From Candidatus Heimdallarchaeota archaeon (GTDB taxonomy: Archaea; Asgardarchaeota; Heimdallarchaeia; Hodarchaeales; Hodarchaeaceae): a stretch of DNA of 64,000 nucleotides. Shown here in pieces: positions 19,678 through 29,503 of this stretch. Made by a program: the position numbers and the translations under genes. The DNA lies in assembly GCA_011364965.1 (NCBI GenBank), contig RDOB01000002.1, positions 328,599 through 392,598 on the forward strand, written 5' to 3'. Position 1 is the first letter of the stretch; every line of letters begins with the position of its first letter. Under the pieces are notes generated by a model, which did not search any database, was not told where the DNA came from, and saw only the letters and a list, made by a program, of their open reading frames with translations.

Positions 19678-21618
19678 TCAAATCTCAATTAGAACTTTTG
19701 TTAAAGTAACTTTTCCAGTATCTTCATCAAAAGTTAACCAACCTTCTTCCTCTAATTCTTTAACTAATCGTGCTGCAAATACAAGTTGAATAGCAACTGA
19801 CTTTGCTAATTCAGTTATAGAAGCTTGTTGAACTTCTTGTAATACAAATAAAAGGGCATATTTTGGATTTTTTGCTAGATTAATTTTGAGAGTTTCGACA
19901 GCTGATTGAAGATTTTCCGATTTTGATTCCAATCGCATTTTTTCTTTTTCTAGGAGATTCATTACATTATTCTTATCATTCAATGCTGTTTCGACTTCTT
20001 TCAGTCTTTTTTCTAGTCTTTTATTCTCAGCATTTGAATTATCAAGATGAGACTGAAGACTTTGAATCTGTGTTGCGAAATCGTCACGTTCTCGTTCTAT
20101 TTGAGACTGGAATGCTATTGATTCAGTTGCTTCCTTTGCAATTTCAGTTTGTCTTTGTCTAAATAGCTCTAAATCTTTACGAGATTCTTCTAGTTCTCTA
20201 TTCTTTAATTGTAATTGGTTCTCAAAATCCGTGATTATTGATTTCTGCTTTTCGAAAGAAATATTCAAATTGGCTAATTCATCTCTCAGTTGATTTCTAT
20301 CCTCTTCCAAGGAGGTAATCCTCTCATCTTTCCCCATCAGGGATTTTGTTTTATCCTCCAATTGCATTTGAATAGAACGTTTTTCTCTTTTAAGATTCTC
20401 GGAAATTTCCTCGTGTTCTTTTTGCTGGAGGCTGAGTTTTTCAATTTCTGCTGATAAATCGGAATTTTGTTGTTTAATTCTTGATAATTCTCGTTTAAAG
20501 TCCTCTATTTCCTTCTGTATAGCTAATTTTTCTTCTTTCAGAGATGCAACATATTCTGTGAGATCTTGGGAACCTTTTTCTCTAGCCTCTACTTTCAAAG
20601 ATAGTTCTCGAACTTCATCCTCCTTTCTTTCCAAGACCTTTTTGGTATCATCTAATTCTTCCCTAAGTGTGACTGCTTGCTGACTAGTTTCTGCAGAATC
20701 CAATAATAAATCCTCATTTTCCTCCTCGAGTTGTTTTATACGTTCAGATAATTCATCATTAACATTTATTAAATTACTCATATCAGTATTAAGCTGTTTA
20801 AGTTGACTTTTAAGAGAATTAAGGTCTTCTTTGAACTTTTCTTTTTGAATATTGATTACCTGAAGATTTTCCTCTCTAATTGATTCTATCTCAAGGCGCA
20901 GCTTTTCATTAGCTTCTTTCAGTTTAATATTGTCTTCTGCACTACTTGTGAGAACTTGAACTTCCGCTTTCAAGTTTTCTATTTCCATATCGCGATCTCC
21001 CAAAACACTTTGCAATTCCTCAACCTCAAGACGAGTTGACACAAGTGCATTTCCCACAGTTTCAAATTCAGCGTCCATTTTTTCTCTATCATGTCGGGCT
21101 TGCTTCGCTTCTCGTAATGCTTGATCTAATTCTTCCTGAAGCCTATTAATATTTTCAAGTTGATCTTCTACTTTATCAGAGCTAATACCAGACTGATTTT
21201 GCAATTTTGCAATTATTCCTTCTTTTTCTTGTAATTGAATCTGAAGATCATCTAGTTGAAGTTGAATTGGTTCAATCTCCGCTGCTCTTCTTCTCCATTC
21301 GTCTATTTCATTTTTTAATTGATCGAGCTCGTCGTGAGTAACGACTATTGCTCCGCTGGAGTCGAGTTCTTCTATATTATCAACACCTTTTAACCCGATT
21401 TTGGAAAATTCCGTGTGAGCTTCCTTATTGAACGATTGCATTTTCCTTTTAAATGTTTCAATCAAAGCCTCAATTTCTGTAAGGGAATAATGCATTTTAG
21501 GGTTTCTTTGTAGATTCTGGACTATTGATTTCGCTTCAGAAGAAATCTCACGCTCTAATCGACGTTCTTGCTCTGCAATATTTTGAATAAATACTAATTT
21601 TGGGTTTTTTCTAGACAA
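19678..21618 (-). CDS. Long coiled-coil protein (~570 aa of heptad-rich Glu/Lys/Leu/Gln sequence) with a ~60-aa C-terminal winged-helix-like domain
   Basis: Uninterrupted coiled-coil-like composition. The C-terminal ITELAKSVAIQLVFAARLVKELEEEGWLTFDEDTGKVTLTKVL resembles a wHTH. Ends 45 bp upstream of the MoxR gene on the same strand. Confidence 0.55.
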   Translation of the reverse strand: MSRKNPKLVFIQNIAEQERRLEREISSEAKSIVQNLQRNPKMHYSLTEIEALIETFKRKMQSFNKEAHTEFSKIGLKGVDNIEELDSSGAIVVTHDELDQLKNEIDEWRRRAAEIEPIQLQLDDLQIQLQEKEGIIAKLQNQSGISSDKVEDQLENINRLQEELDQALREAKQARHDREKMDAEFETVGNALVSTRLEVEELQSVLGDRDMEIENLKAEVQVLTSSAEDNIKLKEANEKLRLEIESIREENLQVINIQKEKFKEDLNSLKSQLKQLNTDMSNLINVNDELSERIKQLEEENEDLLLDSAETSQQAVTLREELDDTKKVLERKEDEVRELSLKVEAREKGSQDLTEYVASLKEEKLAIQKEIEDFKRELSRIKQQNSDLSAEIEKLSLQQKEHEEISENLKREKRSIQMQLEDKTKSLMGKDERITSLEEDRNQLRDELANLNISFEKQKSIITDFENQLQLKNRELEESRKDLELFRQRQTEIAKEATESIAFQSQIERERDDFATQIQSLQSHLDNSNAENKRLEKRLKEVETALNDKNNVMNLLEKEKMRLESKSENLQSAVETLKINLAKNPKYALLFVLQEVQQASITELAKSVAIQLVFAARLVKELEEEGWLTFDEDTGKVTLTKVLIEI

Positions 21619-21748
21619 GATTGATTTTCGCCCCTAGATTACTTATTCGCCTCGGTTGGATAAAAACTTCTTTCACTCTCTACTTTGGAGTATTCAGAAT
21701 TTTGCTAATTGTTGAGACATTCTAGTTTGGATCAAGTTATATTTTTTG

Positions 21749-22345
21749 TTACTCTTCTTCTTCTTCTAGAGTATCAAGTTTTAGGTGTTGAAGATTCTGA
21801 GTTAATGATCCAATCTCCTTATCAAATTGTTGGAAACGTCCTTGATATAAGTTGTTTAATGCAAGATCAAGATGAGATGTTTTACTTTCTGGTTCATATC
21901 CAACTATTGTCAATAATTTAAAATTTTGTTGTTGCGTGTCTTTTAAAAATTTTGGTAAAGAATTTAAATCTTTGTTAACTGCTTCAAGAACCTTTAAAGC
22001 ACTCTTTTCACCTGTTGTGAGATTTTGTGTGAATGATTCGACTTGAGGTAGTAGAACTGTCCTCAATTGATATCTTACTTCATCCTTTGAGATATTCTTA
22101 TCAGATGCAAGATTTTCAGCCCATTCCAATATTGTTTCAAAGTTGCGAATGCTGTTCTTTTCAAGTTTGATCCAATTAAGTAATGTCTCCAGAGCGTCCT
22201 CGACAGTTACGAGTTGTTTATATAGCTCATCTCTATTTTCAAGTGCATAATCCCGTAGATCCTCTAAAATTTTAAATAATTCGATTGAGCTATGTTGATA
22301 TTCTGTTTTATTGGGTTTTTCCTCGGTATCTGGTGTCATTTCCAT
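21749..22345 (-). CDS. Acidic alpha-helical hypothetical protein
   Basis: ORF only; no motif recognised. Lies 130 bp upstream of the coiled-coil gene on the same strand. Confidence 0.35.
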   Translation of the reverse strand: MEMTPDTEEKPNKTEYQHSSIELFKILEDLRDYALENRDELYKQLVTVEDALETLLNWIKLEKNSIRNFETILEWAENLASDKNISKDEVRYQLRTVLLPQVESFTQNLTTGEKSALKVLEAVNKDLNSLPKFLKDTQQQNFKLLTIVGYEPESKTSHLDLALNNLYQGRFQQFDKEIGSLTQNLQHLKLDTLEEEEE

Positions 22346-22504
22346 TAATACTCCCGATTAATTTGATTTTTAAGGACATTGGAGTCCAGTCAGAATGTTA
22401 GTAAGCTTCTATACCATTGGCAGTTTTAAACCTAATTATACTAGAATTATTCAGAAAATTTCGTGAAATCCATTTTATTTTAGTAGTGTGCGATTTTTGT
22501 CAAA

Positions 22505-24895
22505 TCACTTTTTAAAGAAATGAGTAGCTAGCAATGGGACTTGTCCAATTGCTATTCCACCATCACCAGGTGGGACGTGTTTGTGATAGATTAGATAATC
22601 CTTGGCGGAGTGTCTTGATACGAGTCGATGGTAGAACTCCGTAAATATAGTTCTATTAAATGTTACTCCACCTGATAATCCAATCTTATTTATTTTATGC
22701 TCATTAGCTAATTCAAAGGCAAGGTCAGCAAACTTATGTGCTATAGCCACCTCTGCGGCTAGTGCTACTTTGTATGGATGAATATTTTCCGATAAAAGGG
22801 ATAATAATTCCTCAATAAAAACTGATGTATGTATAACGTTCAGCCCAGATTTATTCTCTGAAGAAGAAAGTTTTAGTCGAAATAAATCCCTATATTTAAC
22901 AGCTTGCTCAGCAAATGACTCTAGCTTGATCGCTGGTTCTCCTTCATAGGTTCTTACTTGACTTGCACCAACTAAAATAGAAATTGTATCTAATAATCTA
23001 CCGCAACTTGATGTGATATTGAATCCAATCTTCGATTTTTTATAAATTATTTTTTCTAATTGCTGGCAGATAAGTGAGTAATTTGGGGTTTTTGGTATCC
23101 AAGATAAGGAAGGGATTTTCTCTAAATTGATAGTTAATTCGTCTATCGAACGTTGTGACAAGAGTATTGAAATTAACATTCGATAGGGTTCTGATACCGC
23201 TTTATCTCCTCCTAAAAGAATCTGTTGCTCCAAATGTGCTAATCTGTCAAAGTTAGAATAATTACCTAGAAGAATTTCTCCTCCCCAAATTGTATTATCA
23301 GGGCCATATCCAGTGCCATCTAAAGCTACACAGATTACTTTCTCATCAAATTTGACTTCATTTTCGATAGCTAAGGAGCCCAGATGTGAAAAATGGTGCT
23401 GGAATTGGTAAAAAGGGATATCAAGCTCACTAGACATTCTTTTCCCCATATTTGTTGTAGTAAAATCAGGATGCAAATCAGCACCGATTGCACCGATAGT
23501 TTTTACTCCCAATAACTGTTTGATATGATTTAGTGAGTTTGAGAAAAATTCCTCATTTTCTAGTGATGTCATATGTCCAATATGTTGAGTAGCAAAGCAT
23601 TTTGATCCAATTCCGATAGCTCCAACATTGTACATTTCTGCTCCTAGAGCAACAATTGGTCTATCGACTTTCCAAGGTAAACTTATTGGTTCAGGGACAT
23701 ATCCTCTGCTTCTTCTGATGAATAATGATCTACTGCAGTCAGGTGTTTTATGGACCTTTAGAATACTATCATCAGCCCTTTGGAATATTTCTCTATCATG
23801 TAGAAGGAGATAATCTACTACATCCGAAAGCTGATTTTGAATATTATAATTTTCAATCAACATAGGAACGTTACTTAGATTTGCTGATGTCATAATTAAT
23901 GCAGGATCATGCATCTTTTCGGTAATCATGTGATGAATTCCACTATACGGGAGTAGAACACCGATATTATGCAACCCAGGCGAGATTAAAGGGGAAAGGG
24001 GAAATTTTTCTTTTTTATTTAATAGGACAATAGGACGGGGAAGGGATGTAAGGAGCTCTTTCTCTGATTCATTCATTATTGCATACTTATCAATTTCTCT
24101 CAGATTATGTGACATCACTGCAAAGGGTTTATTACCACGTCCCCCTTTCCACTTTCTTAATCTATCAATTGGAGTATCATTTAGAGTACCACAAGCGATG
24201 TGAGTTCCTCCAATTCCCTTAATGGCTAGAATTTTTCCTTCATTCAATAATTTTGAGATTAGAGTCCAATTTTTATGAAAATCAGATTTTGAAATAATTA
24301 TTTGTCCTTTTTTATCAATTAGAAAGTATTTTGGACCACAATTCCAGCAGCAGGTGGTTTGCGCGTGAAATCGTCTGTCCTTAGGGTTTGTGTAATCCTC
24401 TAAGCATTCTTTACAAAAAGGAAATTTATTCATTACCGTTCTAGGTCGGTCATAAGGAAGGGAAGTTATGACTGTATATCGTGGCCCGCAATCAACGCAT
24501 GATGTGAACGGATAATTCTTTCTTCTTTCATTCAATTGCATATCATTCAAGCATTTATCACAAATTGGTAGATCTGGTGGAATATATGATCCTTCAACAC
24601 CACGTACTAAGGTACTTTTCTCTATTACAAATTGGTCATACTGGTCGAGGAGATTCATAAAATCCTCATATTGAACATTAAAAATATCATATTTTGCGAG
24701 TACTGGTCTGTTCGCTTTTAAATCATTAATAAACGCCAATACCTCTTTTTTCTTTCCTTTTACTTGAATTTCAACTCCAGCGTCTCCTCTATTTAGAACA
24801 AAACCTTTCAGATTATAATTAACTGCTAAATTGTAAACAAAAGGCCGAAAACCAATTCCTTGTACGACACCATTTATAAGGATACGACATTTCAC
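22505..24895 (-). CDS. hypF: [NiFe]-hydrogenase maturation carbamoyltransferase HypF
   Basis: N-terminal acylphosphatase domain INGVVQGIGFRPFVYNLA. Two CxxC-x18-CxxC zinc-finger pairs (CDKCL...CVDCGPRY and CKECLED...CCWNCGP). YrdC-like and Kae1-like C-terminal domains. Size 796 aa. Confidence 0.9.
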   Translation of the reverse strand: MKCRILINGVVQGIGFRPFVYNLAVNYNLKGFVLNRGDAGVEIQVKGKKKEVLAFINDLKANRPVLAKYDIFNVQYEDFMNLLDQYDQFVIEKSTLVRGVEGSYIPPDLPICDKCLNDMQLNERRKNYPFTSCVDCGPRYTVITSLPYDRPRTVMNKFPFCKECLEDYTNPKDRRFHAQTTCCWNCGPKYFLIDKKGQIIISKSDFHKNWTLISKLLNEGKILAIKGIGGTHIACGTLNDTPIDRLRKWKGGRGNKPFAVMSHNLREIDKYAIMNESEKELLTSLPRPIVLLNKKEKFPLSPLISPGLHNIGVLLPYSGIHHMITEKMHDPALIMTSANLSNVPMLIENYNIQNQLSDVVDYLLLHDREIFQRADDSILKVHKTPDCSRSLFIRRSRGYVPEPISLPWKVDRPIVALGAEMYNVGAIGIGSKCFATQHIGHMTSLENEEFFSNSLNHIKQLLGVKTIGAIGADLHPDFTTTNMGKRMSSELDIPFYQFQHHFSHLGSLAIENEVKFDEKVICVALDGTGYGPDNTIWGGEILLGNYSNFDRLAHLEQQILLGGDKAVSEPYRMLISILLSQRSIDELTINLEKIPSLSWIPKTPNYSLICQQLEKIIYKKSKIGFNITSSCGRLLDTISILVGASQVRTYEGEPAIKLESFAEQAVKYRDLFRLKLSSSENKSGLNVIHTSVFIEELLSLLSENIHPYKVALAAEVAIAHKFADLAFELANEHKINKIGLSGGVTFNRTIFTEFYHRLVSRHSAKDYLIYHKHVPPGDGGIAIGQVPLLATHFFKK

Positions 24896-24961
24896 GAATT
24901 AATGACTCCAAATAAGGAACTATCTCCAATTCCAGAAGAAATCATGACGCTTTGAAATTCT

Positions 24962-24980
24962 TTTTTTATTATATGAAAAT
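24962..24980 (+). promoter_or_regulatory. TATA-like element (tttttttattatatgaaaa) in the divergent hypF/hycI intergenic region
   Basis: AT-rich TTTATTATAT box about 50-65 bp upstream of the hycI ATG. The position is a guess and no transcript data are available. Confidence 0.25.
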
Positions 24981-25026
24981 TTCTTTACATGATATTAATC
25001 TTAAAGAAAGAGCATTTGAGTTGTAA

Positions 25027-25524
25027 ATGAGAAGAATGAACGCAAAAAAAGAATTAAAGGATTTTATATTATTAGGGAGAAGCGGAAGGTTTTCCATATT
25101 ATGTATTGGAAACGATTTAAGGGGGGATGATGGTTTAGGACCAGAAATCTATAATAGATTAAAAAATCACATCACTGATGACATATTATTATTAAATACG
25201 GGTAATCAACCTGAAAATTTCCTCACCGTCCTAGCTCGTAGTCAAATCACGCACGCTCTGCTTATAGATGCTGTTGAGTTCCATGCAGCTCCTGGAACTA
25301 CGGGTTTCTTCGATCCTAAAGACTTGCAAGAATACCAAGTAACTTTTAGTACACATTTTCTTGGGATGAAAATGCTTATCAATACTTTTGAAGAAAAAAC
25401 TCATGCAAAGTATAAAATTTTAGGAATCCAGCCATTAAATTTAGAATTTGGCTCATCAATGACCCAAGAGGTTCGTACAGCGATTGATAATTTAGTAAAT
25501 TTTCTAAATCCAATGTTGATATGA
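25027..25524 (+). CDS. hycI: Hydrogenase maturation endopeptidase (HycI/HyaD family)
   Basis: ILCIGNDLRGDDGLGPEI (GNxxxGDDGxG), and Asp/His residues conserved for Ni-dependent C-terminal processing. Size 165 aa. Confidence 0.8.
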   Translation: MRRMNAKKELKDFILLGRSGRFSILCIGNDLRGDDGLGPEIYNRLKNHITDDILLLNTGNQPENFLTVLARSQITHALLIDAVEFHAAPGTTGFFDPKDLQEYQVTFSTHFLGMKMLINTFEEKTHAKYKILGIQPLNLEFGSSMTQEVRTAIDNLVNFLNPMLI

Positions 25525-25677
25525 TTTCATTTTTTTTCAAATAAAATTTTGTTAATTATAATGATGATCTAATTATTTACCAGCTTCTATCCCTACTAAA
25601 GACTTAAAAAATTAGTTTTATCAGCTTGAGGTTAGTTTAGCCTTTAATTAAATTAGATTTGTATTGTATTTGCTTGA

Positions 25678-25739
25678 TGTACAGCAGTTGTACAGTAAAT
25701 TACATACTTTTACAAGGCTCCTTATTACGAAAATCGTAA
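25678..25739 (+). promoter_or_regulatory. Two short palindromes upstream of the hydrogenase operon: TGTACAgcagtTGTACA (25678-25695) and TTACGAaaaTCGTAA (25725-25739)
   Basis: Read directly from the sequence. They lie 40-100 bp upstream of the GTG start at 25780, which has an aGGTGG RBS. Candidate operator sites. Confidence 0.3.
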
Positions 25740-25779
25740 TTCAAATAACATAGAAACATCCGATAGGTGGAAATTAACT

Positions 25780-26130
25780 GTGGAACTTTTGAATGAACTT
25801 GTAAGAGGCCTTTTTGCCGCCCTTGTGGCGCTAGCTGTTTTATATGGGTTAGCTCACTGGTTACAGATAGCTAAATTTCCTAAATCGAAACTAAAGCAAG
25901 AGCTCTACCAAAGTGGAGAGACAGTCGTACCGAGAAAACGAAGATATCTAGAGCGAACATTCATTTGGTTATCTTATTTCTCAATCGTCCACGTGATTAG
26001 CTTTATGTTAATAACTCTATTAGCTTTCACAGTGTTAACGGGCCCAATTGAGATCTTTTATCCTTTACTCTACTTCATTTTTGCTGCTTTTGCGATTCTG
26101 ATATTAGCTCGAACACCAGCAACAACGTGA
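25780..26130 (+). CDS. Small integral membrane protein, first gene of the hydrogenase operon (GTG start)
   Basis: Three predicted TM helices. RBS aGGTGG about 10 bp upstream. Ends 9 bp before the small-subunit gene. Confidence 0.45.
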   Translation: MELLNELVRGLFAALVALAVLYGLAHWLQIAKFPKSKLKQELYQSGETVVPRKRRYLERTFIWLSYFSIVHVISFMLITLLAFTVLTGPIEIFYPLLYFIFAAFAILILARTPATT

Positions 26131-26139
26131 GGCGAAAAA

Positions 26140-26610
26140 ATGGCGAAATTAATTAATAAAACAAAATTAGTAGTAGATGCATTGACAAATTCTCCTTTTG
26201 TGGGGCATCTAAATTGTGGAAGCTGTAACGGATGTGATATCGAAATTGTTGCAGCATTAACTCCTCGGTTCGATATTGAAAGGTTCGGTGCGGTACTTCA
26301 AGGAACTCCAAGACATTGCGATGTTTTATTATGTACAGGACCAGGCACTCGTCAGATGGAACCACGTATTAGACGATTGTTTGAACAAATGCCTGAACCT
26401 AAGTTCATAGTCGCGGTGGGAAGCTGTGCTAGCACGGGACATATTTATCAAGAAACATATAGTACTTGTGGAAAGCTTGATAATATATTACCTGTTACAG
26501 CTTACATTCCTGGCTGTCCTCCGAGGCCAGAAGCAATAATTGATGGTGTAGTCAAGCTAATCACATTAGCAAGGCAAGGAGCTAAAGCTACGGAAGAAGA
26601 AGAGGATTAA
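26140..26610 (+). CDS. Group-4 [NiFe]-hydrogenase small subunit (NuoB/MbhJ/EchC-like)
   Basis: The four Cys of the proximal [4Fe-4S] cluster are in CGSCNGCDIE, GSCAS and PGCPPRP. Confidence 0.85.
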   Translation: MAKLINKTKLVVDALTNSPFVGHLNCGSCNGCDIEIVAALTPRFDIERFGAVLQGTPRHCDVLLCTGPGTRQMEPRIRRLFEQMPEPKFIVAVGSCASTGHIYQETYSTCGKLDNILPVTAYIPGCPPRPEAIIDGVVKLITLARQGAKATEEEED

Positions 26611-26620
26611 GGAGTTAAAA

Positions 26621-27133
26621 ATGATGCTAAACGTACCTAAATCATTAGATGAAGTTGCTAAAGCTCTTAATCTAACTAGACGAGACCCAAAAATCTACCC
26701 ACGTGATTATTATGTTAATAGCTCTTCTGACCGAATGTTGGAAATTGCTGCAAAACTAAAAAATGAATTTGGAGTTCATCATGTTTCCACGGTAATTGTA
26801 AGGGACGATGAGGATGGTTTTCATCTTATATATCCCTTCTCGGTGATTCTTGATAATAGCGAGTGGGGAAAGCTCATAGTGGATTTTCTTGTTGATAAAA
26901 AGAATCCTGAAGTTGAATCTCTCACTCCTGAATTTCCTGGACTTGTAATTGCAGAACGAGAAGCATATGACATGATGGGAATTAGGTTTAAAAACCATCC
27001 CGATCTGCGTCGACTTTTAACCCCAGATATCATGCCTTCTGATATTTATCCTTTACGAAAAGACATTACTGCTGAAGAAATTCGAAGAAGACTAGCTGAA
27101 GAAGCAGAAAAAAGGAGATTAGACTTAGAATGA
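26621..27133 (+). CDS. NuoC-like (30-kDa) hydrogenase subunit (MbhK/EchD-like)
   Basis: Position between the small and large subunits, and size of 170 aa. Overlaps the large-subunit start by 4 bp (ATGA). Confidence 0.55.
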   Translation: MMLNVPKSLDEVAKALNLTRRDPKIYPRDYYVNSSSDRMLEIAAKLKNEFGVHHVSTVIVRDDEDGFHLIYPFSVILDNSEWGKLIVDFLVDKKNPEVESLTPEFPGLVIAEREAYDMMGIRFKNHPDLRRLLTPDIMPSDIYPLRKDITAEEIRRRLAEEAEKRRLDLE

Positions 27134-28368
27134 CAGAATACGCTCCTCCTATTCCTGAAACTCCTGAGGGAGATTATAGTATCTCAATTGGACCTCAACA
27201 TCCTACCCATAAGGAACCAATAAGATTCATATTTCAGGTTAAAGGAGAAACTATTGAACACGTTGATTTACGAATTGGTTTTAATCATCGTGGTATTGAA
27301 AAAGCATTTGAACAACGAACATGGAACCAAAATCTTTATCTAGCAGCAAGATTATGTGGAATATGCAGTGCTGCCCATCAATTTGCATATGCCCAAGCTG
27401 CGGAACGTTGTGCAAAAATATACGATGAAATTCCAGAAAGGGCGCAATACATACGTGTGATTATCCAGGAACTAGAACGCATTCAATCCCACATGTTGTG
27501 GTATGGTGTATTGGCTCATGATACTGGTTTTGATACAATGTTTCATCTTACTTGGCGTGATCGGGAAATTGTGAACGATATTCTTGAAATAATTTCAGGA
27601 AATCGGGTAAATTATGCGATGTGGACAATTGGAGGTGTTAGACGGGATATTTCAAGGGATCAGATAACCAATATTATTCCCAAACTCAAAGATCTTCGTA
27701 AAAAATGCGATTATCACCGAGATGTAATGATGTCAGAAAGAAGTTTCATTGCGAGGCAAGAAAACGTAGCAATATTATCAACAGAGGATGCTAAGCGATT
27801 TTGCGCAGTTGGCCCAACAGCTCGTGCAAGTAATGTAAATTGTGATGTTCGGAAAATCGACCCATATTGCGCTTACAATAAAATTGATTTTGATGTTCCA
27901 CTTTGGGATCAAGGAGATATTTTTGGTGGATTATCTCTCAGACTCGATGAGACTTTAATTTCCATTGATATGGCGATTCAAGCATTAGAAAACCTTCCTG
28001 GCAATCCTGGTGATATAAAAATTCGCGTTCCGCGAAAAATTGACCCAAACGAAGGAATTCAAAGAGTTGAGGCCCCTCGTGGTGAAGATATCCATTTTGT
28101 AAGATCTAATGGATCTGAAAAACCCGATAGACATAAAATCCGAGCACCTACATTTGCGAATTTACCAAGTTTAGTTCATCGCCTTAAAGGATGTCAAGTT
28201 GCTGACATTCCACCAGTGATTCGTGTAATCGATCCTTGTATCGGGTGTTGTGAGCGAACTACCTTTGTTGATATAAAAACTGGTAAATCTATAGATCTTT
28301 CAGGTGAACACTTGATTTCACGTACAAATCGCGCTCATCGGCTTGGAACGAGAGTGCTTGAATTTTAA
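27130..28368 (+). CDS. Group-4 [NiFe]-hydrogenase large (catalytic) subunit (NuoD-like)
   Basis: N-terminal Ni-Fe ligand motif RLCGICSAAH (RxCGxCxxxH). C-terminal motif DPCIGCCER (DPCxxCxxR) is followed by a ~35-aa extension, consistent with HycI cleavage. Confidence 0.9.
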   Translation: MTEYAPPIPETPEGDYSISIGPQHPTHKEPIRFIFQVKGETIEHVDLRIGFNHRGIEKAFEQRTWNQNLYLAARLCGICSAAHQFAYAQAAERCAKIYDEIPERAQYIRVIIQELERIQSHMLWYGVLAHDTGFDTMFHLTWRDREIVNDILEIISGNRVNYAMWTIGGVRRDISRDQITNIIPKLKDLRKKCDYHRDVMMSERSFIARQENVAILSTEDAKRFCAVGPTARASNVNCDVRKIDPYCAYNKIDFDVPLWDQGDIFGGLSLRLDETLISIDMAIQALENLPGNPGDIKIRVPRKIDPNEGIQRVEAPRGEDIHFVRSNGSEKPDRHKIRAPTFANLPSLVHRLKGCQVADIPPVIRVIDPCIGCCERTTFVDIKTGKSIDLSGEHLISRTNRAHRLGTRVLEF

Positions 28369-28380
28369 GGAGGTATTAAA

Positions 28381-29502
28381 ATGTCTTTTATTAAGAATAA
28401 TATATATCCAATCTTCCTTATCGCAACCGGAATATTTATTGCCGCTCTATTTTTAGCATTTCAGGGTTCAGAAGCGATTTTGCCCTGGCTGAAATATTTC
28501 TTGTTTCCTGGTGTCTTGTTTGTCTTACTTATGGGATTATTCTATAACTGGTTTGATAGAAAAATGTTTGCGCGCATGCAAAATCGAATTGGACCCAGAT
28601 TTATTCAACCAGTATATGATATGCTAAAACTTCTAGCTAAAGAAGATATCACACCAGATGGGGTAGATAAACCTGAATTTGATTGGATTCCTGGAATACA
28701 GGTAATCTTAGCGTTCTTAGTAGCTTTTTTCGTTCCAGTATACGCCACGTTCGGATTAATCTCCTTTGAGGGTGATTTGATATTCGTAATGTTCCTTTTA
28801 GCCCTAGTTGGAGGATCTGTATTCCTGATGGGATGGGCTACGAATAATCCCTATGGTCTCCTTGGAGCTTCAAGAGCTGCAGTAGCTGAATTTTCATTTG
28901 AAATTCCCTTAGGTCTCTCACTGGCAGGACCTGCAATACTAGCTGGTTCAATGAGGATTTCTGAGATAAGTGTAAGCAAATTTTCTCTGCTAAATCTTCC
29001 TGTTAATTTTTTTGCAGGACAAGTTACGATCATTCATTTAGTATATTTAATTCCTCTAATAATCCTCTTTGCTGTTTCAATATTAGCAGCCACTGCTTTA
29101 TTAGAGAAAGTTCCATTCGATCCTGCTCACGCCGAAGTTGAGATAGTTGGGGGTTGGACAGTCGAGTTAACGGGGAAAAAGCTTTTCTTTACTCAACTAG
29201 CGAACTTCATAATGGAATTTGCCTTAGCAGGAATTATTGCTGCTGTATTCCTTGGAGGTCCTGGGATTAATGATTTCAATGTGAATATTGGTAACTGGGA
29301 TGTCCTTGGGTATTTAGCGAGTATCCTTAGCTTTTTGATAAAAACAACAGTTATTGTATTTCTTATCACCTTGATGAGAACTCTTCATTCAAGGATCCGA
29401 ATTGATCAATTAGTACAATACTTCTGGAAATATTATTTACCGATCTCATTAATTGGTGTGTTCCTCATATTGGTTTTTATGGGAACTATTGGAGTGGTAT
29501 AA
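28381..29502 (+). CDS. NuoH-like membrane subunit (MbhM/EchB-like)
   Basis: Polytopic membrane protein of 373 aa in the operon position expected for an NuoH homolog. Confidence 0.7.
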   Translation: MSFIKNNIYPIFLIATGIFIAALFLAFQGSEAILPWLKYFLFPGVLFVLLMGLFYNWFDRKMFARMQNRIGPRFIQPVYDMLKLLAKEDITPDGVDKPEFDWIPGIQVILAFLVAFFVPVYATFGLISFEGDLIFVMFLLALVGGSVFLMGWATNNPYGLLGASRAAVAEFSFEIPLGLSLAGPAILAGSMRISEISVSKFSLLNLPVNFFAGQVTIIHLVYLIPLIILFAVSILAATALLEKVPFDPAHAEVEIVGGWTVELTGKKLFFTQLANFIMEFALAGIIAAVFLGGPGINDFNVNIGNWDVLGYLASILSFLIKTTVIVFLITLMRTLHSRIRIDQLVQYFWKYYLPISLIGVFLILVFMGTIGVV

Positions 29503-29503
29503 A

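Noticed and set aside
27130-28368. Whether the NuoD-like gene marks a respiratory complex I (Nuo) or Fpo/Mbx-type non-hydrogenase complex rather than a hydrogenase.
   Set aside because: Both Ni-Fe ligand motifs are intact, with RLCGICSAAH at the N-terminus and DPCIGCCER at the C-terminus, and the HycI/HypF/HypC/HypE genes flank the operon. These argue for a true [NiFe] hydrogenase.
29453-29503. The extended N-terminus from the ORF track for the NuoI-like ferredoxin, which overlaps NuoH by 50 bp.
   Set aside because: An in-frame ATG at 29504 sits in a taaaATG stop-start junction with an upstream GGAGTGG RBS, and the conserved ferredoxin sequence starts there.
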